Assembly (NCBI GenBank): GCA_964057225.1
Contig: OZ059898.1
Coordinates: 16,988,001 to 17,052,000 of the forward strand
Direction: 5' to 3'
Source: Auanema rhodensis
Taxonomy: Eukaryota > Animalia > Nematoda
Length of the DNA: 64,000 bases
The translations under genes and the position numbers were made by a program. The notes under the pieces are model-generated. The model saw only the letters and a program-made list of their open reading frames with translations, did not search any database and was not told where the DNA came from. Shown piece by piece: positions 54,901 through 64,000 of this stretch. The stretch's first letter is position 1. Every line of letters begins with the position of its first letter.

Positions 54901-57900
54901 TTTTAAGCTGCGTCGATCTGTGTTATCAAATTTGCGTTAGCTTAAAAATGCACCGAGATATCAACTGGTATAAGTTCACACTTATATCCTCGATTTTCAC
55001 CCTGAAGAAATAATTTTTTCGTTGAATAACATTGTCCATCGTCTTTGCCTTGAAAAAAGGAATCTAAAAACATCTACTTTTTGCTAAATTATTCTGAAAT
55101 TTTTCGAAAAAATTTTTGTCAAAATGTTTTTGGAAGCAATGTTGAGTGTACATGGAAACTCAACATACACTAATGCATCATTTTTCAAACGATCATAACT
55201 AATTTTTGTATTAAGCGTTTCTCAATGTAGTATAGTGCATTCGATGCGGATTTTTAAACTGCGTCGATCTGTGTTATCAGATTTGCGCTAGCTTAAAAAT
55301 GCACCGAGATATCAACTGATATAAGTTCACACTTATATCCTCGATTTTCACCCTGAAGAATTATTTTTTTCGTTGAATAACATTGTCCATCGTCTTTGCC
55401 TTGAAAAAAGGAATCTAAAAACATCTACTTTTTGCTAAATTATTCTGAAATTTTTCGAAAAAATTTTTGTCAAAATGTTTTTGGAAGCAATTTTGAGTGT
55501 ACATGGAAACTCAACATACACTAATGCATCATTTTTCAAACGATCATAACTAATTTTTGTATTAAGCGTTTCTTAATGTAGTATAGTGCATTTGATGCGG
55601 ATTTTTAAGCTGCGTCGATCTGTGTTATCAAATTTGCGTTAGCTTAAAAATGCACCGAGATATCAACTGGTATAAGTTCACACTTATATCCTCGATTTTC
55701 ACCCTGAAGAAATAATTTTTTCGTTGAATAACATTGTCCATCGTCTTTGCCTTGAAAAAAGGAATCTAAAAACATCTACTTTTTGCTAAATTATTCTGAA
55801 ATTTTTCGAAAAAATTTTTGTCAAAATGTTTTTGGAAGCAATGTTGAGTGTACATGGAAACTCAACATACACTAATGCATCATTTTTCAAACGATCATAA
55901 CTAATTTTTGTATTAAGCGTTTCTCAATGTAGTATAGTGCATTCGATGCGGATTTTTAAACTGCGTCGATCTGTGTTATCAGATTTGCGCTAGCTTAAAA
56001 ATGCACCGAGATATCAACTGATATAAGTTCACACTTATATCCTCGATTTTCACCCTGAAGAATTATTTTTTTCGTTGAATAACATTGTCCATCGTCTTTG
56101 CCTTGAAAAAAGGAATCTAAAAACATCTACTTTTTGCTAAATTATTCTGAAATTTTTCGAAAAAATTTTTGTCAAAATGTTTTTGGAAGCAATTTTGAGT
56201 GTACATGGAAACTCAACATACACTAATGCATCATTTTTCAAACGATCATAACTAATTTTTGTATTAAGCGTTTCTTAATGTAGTATAGTGCATTTGATGC
56301 GGATTTTTAAGCTGCGTCGATCTGTGTTATCAAATTTGCGTTAGCTTAAAAATGCACCGAGATATCAACTGGTATAAGTTCACACTTATATCCTCGATTT
56401 TCACCCTGAAGAAATAATTTTTTCGTTGAATAACATTGTCCATCGTCTTTGCCTTGAAAAAAGGAATCTAAAAACATCTACTTTTTGCTAAATTATTCTG
56501 AAATTTTTCGAAAAAATTTTTGTCAAAATGTTTTTGGAAGCAATGTTGAGTGTACATGGAAACTCAACATACACTAATGCATCATTTTTCAAACGATCAT
56601 AACTAATTTTTGTATTAAGCGTTTCTCAATGTAGTATAGTGCATTCGATGCGGATTTTTAAACTGCGTCGATCTGTGTTATCAGATTTGCGCTAGCTTAA
56701 AAATGCACCGAGATATCAACTGATATAAGTTCACACTTATATCCTCGATTTTCACCCTGAAGAATTATTTTTTTCGTTGAATAACATTGTCCATCGTCTT
56801 TGCCTTGAAAAAAGGAATCTAAAAACATCTACTTTTTGCTAAATTATCCTGAAATTTTTCGAAAAAATTTTTGTCAAAATGTTTTTGGAAGCAATGTTGA
56901 GTGTACATGGAAACTCAACATACACTAATGCATCATTTTTCAAACGATCATAACTAATTTTTGTATTAAGCGTTTCTCAATGTAGTATAGTGCATTCGAT
57001 GCGGATTTTTAAACTGCGTCGATCTGTGTTATCAGATTTGCGCTAGCTTAAAAATGCACCGAGATATGAACTGATATAAGTTCACACTTATATCCTCGAT
57101 TTTCACCCTGAAGAATTATTTTTTTCGTTGAATAACATTGTCCATCGTCTTTGCCTTGAAAAAAGGAATCTAAAAACATCTACTTTTTGCTAAATTATTC
57201 TGAAATTTTTCGAAAAAATTTTTGTCAAAATGTTTTTGGAAGCAATGTTGAGTGTACATGGAAACTCAACATACACTAATGCATCATTTTTCAAACGATC
57301 ATAACTAATTTTTGTATTAAGCGTTTCTCAATGTAGTATAGTGCATTCGATGCGGATTTTTAAACTGCGTCGATCTGTGTTATCAGATTTGCGCTAGCTT
57401 AAAAATGCACCGAGATATCAACTGATATAAGTTCACACTTATATCCTCGATTTTCACCCTGAAGAATTATTTTTTTCGTTGAATAACATTGTCCATCGTC
57501 TTTGCCTTGAAAAAAGGAATCTAAAAACATCTACTTTTTGCTAAATTATTCTGAAATTTTTCGAAAAAATTTTTGTCAAAATGTTTTTGGAAGCAATTTT
57601 GAGTGTACATGGAAACTCAACATACACTAATGCATCATTTTTCAAACGATCATAACTAATTTTTGTATTAAGCGTTTCTTAATGTAGTATAGTGCATTTG
57701 ATGCGGATTTTTAAGCTGCGTCGATCTGTGTTATCAAATTTGCGTTAGCTTAAAAATGCACCGAGATATCAACTGGTATAAGTTCACACTTATATCCTCG
57801 ATTTTCACCCTGAAGAAATAATTTTTTCGTTGAATAACATTGTCCATCGTCTTTGCCTTGAAAAAAGGAATCTAAAAACATCTACTTTTTGCTAAATTAT

Positions 57901-60900
57901 TCTGAAATTTTTCGAAAAAATTTTTGTCAAAATGTTTTTGGAAGCAATGTTGAGTGTACATGGAAACTCAACATACACTAATGCATCATTTTTCAAACGA
58001 TCATAACTAATTTTTGTATTAAGCGTTTCTCAATGTAGTATAGTGCATTCGATGCGGATTTTTAAACTGCGTCGATCTGTGTTATCAGATTTGCGCTAGC
58101 TTAAAAATGCACCGAGATATCAACTGATATAAGTTCACACTTATATCCTCGATTTTCACCCTGAAGAATTATTTTTTTCGTTGAATAACATTGTCCATCG
58201 TCTTTGCCTTGAAAAAAGGAATCTAAAAACATCTACTTTTTGCTAAATTATTCTGAAATTTTTCGAAAAAATTTTTGTCAAAATGTTTTTGGAAGCAATT
58301 TTGAGTGTACATGGAAACTCAACATACACTAATGCATCATTTTTCAAACGATCATAACTAATTTTTGTATTAAGCGTTTCTTAATGTAGTATAGTGCATT
58401 TGATGCGGATTTTTAAGCTGCGTCGATCTGTGTTATCAAATTTGCGTTAGCTTAAAAATGCACCGAGATATCAACTGGTATAAGTTCACACTTATATCCT
58501 CGATTTTCACCCTGAAGAAATAATTTTTTCGTTGAATAACATTGTCCATCGTCTTTGCCTTGAAAAAAGGAATCTAAAAACATCTACTTTTTGCTAAATT
58601 ATTCTGAAATTTTTCGAAAAAATTTTTGTCAAAATGTTTTTGGAAGCAATGTTGAGTGTACATGGAAACTCAACATACACTAATGCATCATTTTTCAAAC
58701 GATCATAACTAATTTTTGTATTAAGCGTTTCTCAATGTAGTATAGTGCATTCGATGCGGATTTTTAAACTGCGTCGATCTGTGTTATCAGATTTGCGCTA
58801 GCTTAAAAATGCACCGAGATATCAACTGATATAAGTTCACACTTATATCCTCGATTTTCACCCTGAAGAATTATTTTTTTCGTTGAATAACATTGTCCAT
58901 CGTATTTGCCTTGAAAAAAGGAATCTAAAAACATCTACTTTTTGCTAAATTATTCTGAAATTTTTCGAAAAAATTTTTGTCAAAATGTTTTTGGAAGCAA
59001 TGTTGAGTGTACATGGAAACTCAACATACACTAATGCATCATTTTTCAAACGATCATAACTAATTTTTGTATTAAGCGTTTCTCAATGTAGTATAGTGCA
59101 TTCGATGCGGATTTTTAAACTGCGTCGATCTGTGTTATCAGATTTGCGCTAGCTTAAAAATGCACCGAGATATCAACTGATATAAGTTCACACTTATATC
59201 CTCGATTTTCACCCTGAAGAATTATTTTTTTCGTTGAATAACATTGTCCATCGTCTTTGCCTTGAAAAAAGGAATCTAAAAACATCTACTTTTTGCTAAA
59301 TTATTCTGAAATTTTTCGAAAAAATTTTTGTCAAAATGTTTTTGGAAGCAATTTTGAGTGTACATGGAAACTCAACATACACTAATGCATCATTTTTCAA
59401 ACGATCATAACTAATTTTTGTATTAAGCGTTTCTTAATGTAGTATAGTGCATTTGATGCGGATTTTTAAGCTGCGTCGATCTGTGTTATCAAATTTGCGT
59501 TAGCTTAAAAATGCACCGAGATATCAACTGTTATAAGTTCACACTTATATCCTCGATTTTCACCCTGAAGAAATAATTTTTTCGTTGAATAACATTGTCC
59601 ATCGTCTTTGCCTTGAAAAAAGGAATCTAAAAACATCTACTTTTTGCTAAATTATTCTGAAATTTTTCGAAAAAATTTTTGTCAAAATGTTTTTGGAAGC
59701 AATGTTGAGTGTACATGGAAACTCAACATACACTAATGCATCATTTTTCAAACGATCATAACTAATTTTTGTATTAAGCGTTTCTCAATGTAGTATAGTG
59801 CATTCGATGCGGATTTTTAAACTGCGTCGATCTGTGTTATCAGATTTGCGCTAGCTTAAAAATGCACCGAGATATCAACTGATATAAGTTCACACTTATA
59901 TCCTCGATTTTCACCCTGAAGAATTATTTTTTTCGTTGAATAACATTGTCCATCATCTTTGCCTTGAAAAAAGGAATCTAAAAACATCTACTTTTTGCTA
60001 AATTATTCTGAAATTTTTCGAAAAAATTTTTGTCAAAATGTTTTTGGAAGCAATTTTGAGTGTACATGGAAACTCAACATACACTAATGCATCATTTTTC
60101 AAACGATCATAACTAATTTTTGTATTAAGCGTTTCTCAATGTAGTATAGTGCATTTGATGCGGATTTTTAAGCTGCGTCGATCTGTGTTATCAGATTTGC
60201 GCTAGCTTAAAAATGCACCGAGATATGAACTGATATAAGTTCACACTTATATCCTCGATTTTCACCCTGAAGAATTATTTTTTTCGTTGAATAACATTGT
60301 CCATCGTCTTTGCCTTGAAAAAAGGAATCTAAAAACTTCTATTTTTTGCTAAATTATTTTGAAATTTTTCGAAAAAATTTTTGTCAAAATGTTTTTGGAA
60401 GCAATGTTGAGTGTACATGTAAACTCAACATACACTAATGCACCATTTTTCAAACAATCATAACTAATTTTTGTATTAAGCGTTTTTCAATGTAGTATAG
60501 TGCATTTGATGCGGATTTTTAAGCTGCGTCGATCTGTGTTATCAAATTTGCGCTAGCTTAAAAATGCACCGAGATATCAACTGATATAAGTTCACACTTA
60601 TATCCTCGATTTTCACCCTGAAGAAATAATTTTTTCGTTGAATAACATTGTCCATCGTCTTTGCCTTGAAAAACGGAATCTAAAAACATCTACTTTTTGC
60701 TAAATTATTCTGAAATTTTTCGAAAAAATTTTTGTCAAAATGTTTTTGGAAGCAATTTTGAGTGTACATGGAAACTCAACATACACTAATGCATCATTTT
60801 TCAAACGATCATAACTAATTTTTGTATTAAGCGTTTCTTAATGTAGTATAGTGCATTTGATGCGGATTTTTAAGCTGCGTCGATCTGTGTTATCAAATTT

Positions 60901-63900
60901 GCGTTAGCTTAAAAATGCACCGAGATATCAACTGGTATAAGTTCACACTTATATCCTCGATTTTCACCCTGAAGAAATAATTTTTTCGTTGAATAACATT
61001 GTCCATCGTCTTTGCCTTGAAAAAAGGAATCTAAAAACATCTACTTTTTGCTAAATTATTCTGAAATTTTTCGAAAAAATTTTTGTCAAAATGTTTTTGG
61101 AAGCAATGTTGAGTGTACATGGAAACTCAACATACACTAATGCATCATTTTTCAAACGATCATAACTAATTTTTGTATTAAGCGTTTCTCAATGTAGTAT
61201 AGTGCATTCGACGCGGATTTTTAAACTGCGTCGATCTGTGTTATCAGATTTGCGCTAGCTTAAAAATGCACCGAGATATCAACTGATATAAGTTCACACT
61301 TATATCCTCGATTTTCACCCTGAAGAATTATTTTTTTCGTTGAATAACATTGTCCATCATCTTTGCCTTGAAAAAAGGAATCTAAAAACATCTACTTTTT
61401 GCTAAATTATTCTGAAATTTTTCGAAAAAATTTTTGTCAAAATGTTTTTGGAAGCAATTTTGAGTGTACATGGAAACTCAACATACACTAATGCATCATT
61501 TTTCAAACGATCATAACTAATTTTTGTATTAAGCGTTTCTCAATGTAGTATAGTGCATTTGATGCGGATTTTTAAGCTGCGTCGATCTGTGTTATCAAAT
61601 TTGCGCTAGCTTAAAAATGCACCGAGATATCAACTGGTATAAGTTCACACTTATATCCTCGATTTTCACCCTGAAGAAATAATTTTTTCGTTGAATAACA
61701 TTGTCCATCGTCTTTGCCTTGAAAAAAGGAATCTAAAAACATCTACTTTTTGCTAAATTATTCTGAAATTTTTCGAAAAAATTTTTGTCAAAATGTTTTT
61801 GGAAGCAATGTTGAGTGTACATGGAAACTCAACATACACTAATGCATCATTTTTCAAACGATCATAACTAATTTTTGTATTAAGCGTTTCTCAATGTAGT
61901 ATAGTGCATTCGATGCGGATTTTTAAACTGCGTCGATCTGTGTTATCAGATTTGCGCTAGCTTAAAAATGCACCGAGATATGAACTGATATAAGTTCACA
62001 CTTATATCCTCGATTTTCACCCTGAAGAATTATTTTTTTCGTTGAATAACATTGTCCATCGTCTTTGCCTTGAAAAAAGGAATCTAAAAACTTCTATTTT
62101 TTGCTAAATTATTTTGAAATTTTTCGAAAAAATTTTTGTCAAAATGTTTTTGGAAGCAATGTTGAGTGTACATGTAAACTCAACATACACTAATGCACCA
62201 TTTTTCAAACAATCATAACTAATTTTTGTATTAAGCGTTTTTCAATGTAGTATAGTGCATTTGATGCGGATTTTTAAGCTGCGTCGATCTGTGTTATCAA
62301 ATTTGCGCTAGCTTAAAAATGCACCGAGATATCAACTGATATAAGTTCACACTTATATCCTCGATTTTCACCCTGAAGAAATAATTTTTTCGTTGAATAA
62401 CATTGTCCATCGTCTTTGCCTTGAAAAACGGAATCTAAAAACATCTACTTTTTGCTAAATTATTCTGAAATTTTTCGAAAAAATTTTTGTCAAAATGTTT
62501 TTGGAAGCAATGTTGAGTGTACATGGAAACTCAACATACACTAATGCATCATTTTTCAAACGATCATAACTAATTTTTGTATTAAGCGTTTCTCAATGTA
62601 GTATAGTGCATTCGATGCGGATTTTTAAGCTGCGTCGATCTGTGTTATCAGATTTGCGCTAGCTTAAAAATGCACCGAGATATCAACTGATATAAGTTCA
62701 CACTTATATCCTCGATTTTCACCCTGAAGAATTATTTTTTTCGTTGAATAACATTGTCCATCGTCTTTGCCTTGAAAAAAGGAATCTAAAAACATCTACT
62801 TTTTGCTAAATTATTCTGAAATTTTTCGAAAAAATTTTTGTCAAAATGTTTTTGGAAGCAATTTTGAGTGTACATGGAAACTCAACATACACTAATGCAT
62901 CATTTTTCAAACGATCATAACTAATTTTTGTATTAAGCGTTTCTCAATGTAGTATAGTGCATTTGATGCGGATTTTTAAGCTGCGTCGATCTGTGTTATC
63001 AAATTTGCGCTAGCTTAAAAATGCACCGAGATATCAACTGGTATAAGTTCACACTTATATCCTCGATTTTCACCCTGAAGAAATAATTTTTTCGTTGAAT
63101 AACATTGTCCATCGTCTTTGCCTTGAAAAAAGGAATCTAAAAACATCTACTTTTTGCTAAATTATTCTGAAATTTTTCGAAAAAATTTTTGTCAAAATGT
63201 TTTTGGAAGCAATGTTGAGTGTACATGGAAACTCAACATACACTAATGCATCATTTTTCAAACGATCATAACTAATTTTTGTATTAAGCGTTTCTCAATG
63301 TAGTATAGTGCATTCGATGCGGATTTTTAAACTGCGTCGATCTGTGTTATCAGATTTGCGCTAGCTTAAAAATGCACCGAGATATGAACTGATATAAGTT
63401 CACACTTATATCCTCGATTTTCACCCTGAAGAATTATTTTTTTCGTTGAATAACATTGTCCATCGTCTTTGCCTTGAAAAAAGGAATCTAAAAACTTCTA
63501 TTTTTTGCTAAATTATTTTGAAATTTTTCGAAAAAATTTTTGTCAAAATGTTTTTGGAAGCAATGTTGAGTGTACATGTAAACTCAACATACACTAATGC
63601 ACCATTTTTCAAACAATCATAACTAATTTTTGTATTAAGCGTTTTTCAATGTAGTATAGTGCATTTGATGCGGATTTTTAAGCTGCGTCGATCTGTGTTA
63701 TCAAATTTGCGCTAGCTTAAAAATGCACCGAGATATCAACTGATATAAGTTCACACTTATATCCTCGATTTTCACCCTGAAGAAATAATTTTTTCGTTGA
63801 ATAACATTGTCCATCGTCTTTGCCTTGAAAAACGGAATCTAAAAACATCTACTTTTTGCTAAATTATTCTGAAATTTTTCGAAAAAATTTTTGTCAAAAT

Positions 63901-64000
63901 GTTTTTGGAAGCAATGTTGAGTGTACATGGAAACTCAACATACACTAATGCATCATTTTTCAAACGATCATAACTAATTTTTGTATTAAGCGTTTCTCAA
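45974..64000 (+). repeat. Distinct variant domain of the array with dimer-like alternation and a divergent monomer subtype
   Basis: ACTGGT (position 220 A>G) first appears at 47246. The ACATGTAAA subtype is seen only here. TTTTCAAGC and GATGCCGA were not seen here. Confidence 0.8.

Larger units (their letters stand above)
1..64000. repeat. Tandem satellite DNA array, 351-bp monomer, about 182.4 copies, truncated by both window edges
   Basis: TTTTTCGAAAAAATTTTTGTC recurs at 1, 352, 704, 1055, 1406 ... 63524, 63875. The last start fits 182 x 351 after a net -8 bp of indels (+1 at 595, -1 near 11201, -2 each near 25.6, 28.8, 42.1 and 43.9 kb). Copies differ by only a few substitutions and all have the same orientation. 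Confidence 0.99.

Noticed and set aside
1-64000. CRISPR array or other repeat-spacer system
   Set aside because: No unique spacers: the sequence between the palindromes is the same in every unit, and there are no cas genes or leader.
1-64000. Assignment to a named satellite family of similar length (such as the 350-360 bp insect satellites)
   Set aside because: Similar length and AT content are not evidence of homology, and I do not recognise the sequence.

Overview
The whole window is one uninterrupted, head-to-tail, single-orientation tandem array of an AT-rich 351-bp monomer (109/351 G+C in the first copy, about 31%). It holds 182 complete copies plus a 126-bp partial copy and runs off both ends. 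I found no genes, RNA genes, CRISPR spacers, inserted elements or inversions. It looks like eukaryotic satellite DNA, probably (peri)centromeric or heterochromatic; I cannot name the family or the organism. Two things in it are informative. First, the monomer is packed with dyads, including a 51-nt imperfect hairpin that carries several of the common polymorphic sites. Second, the SNP and indel pattern records nested recent duplications of 1, 2, 4, 5, 6, 7, 8 and 9 monomers, with variant domains and a sharp transition near 45-46 kb. I see no support for a new gene-based system. All counts were made by eye and should be confirmed by alignment. 'Monomer position' means the offset within a unit starting at TTTTTCGAAA.
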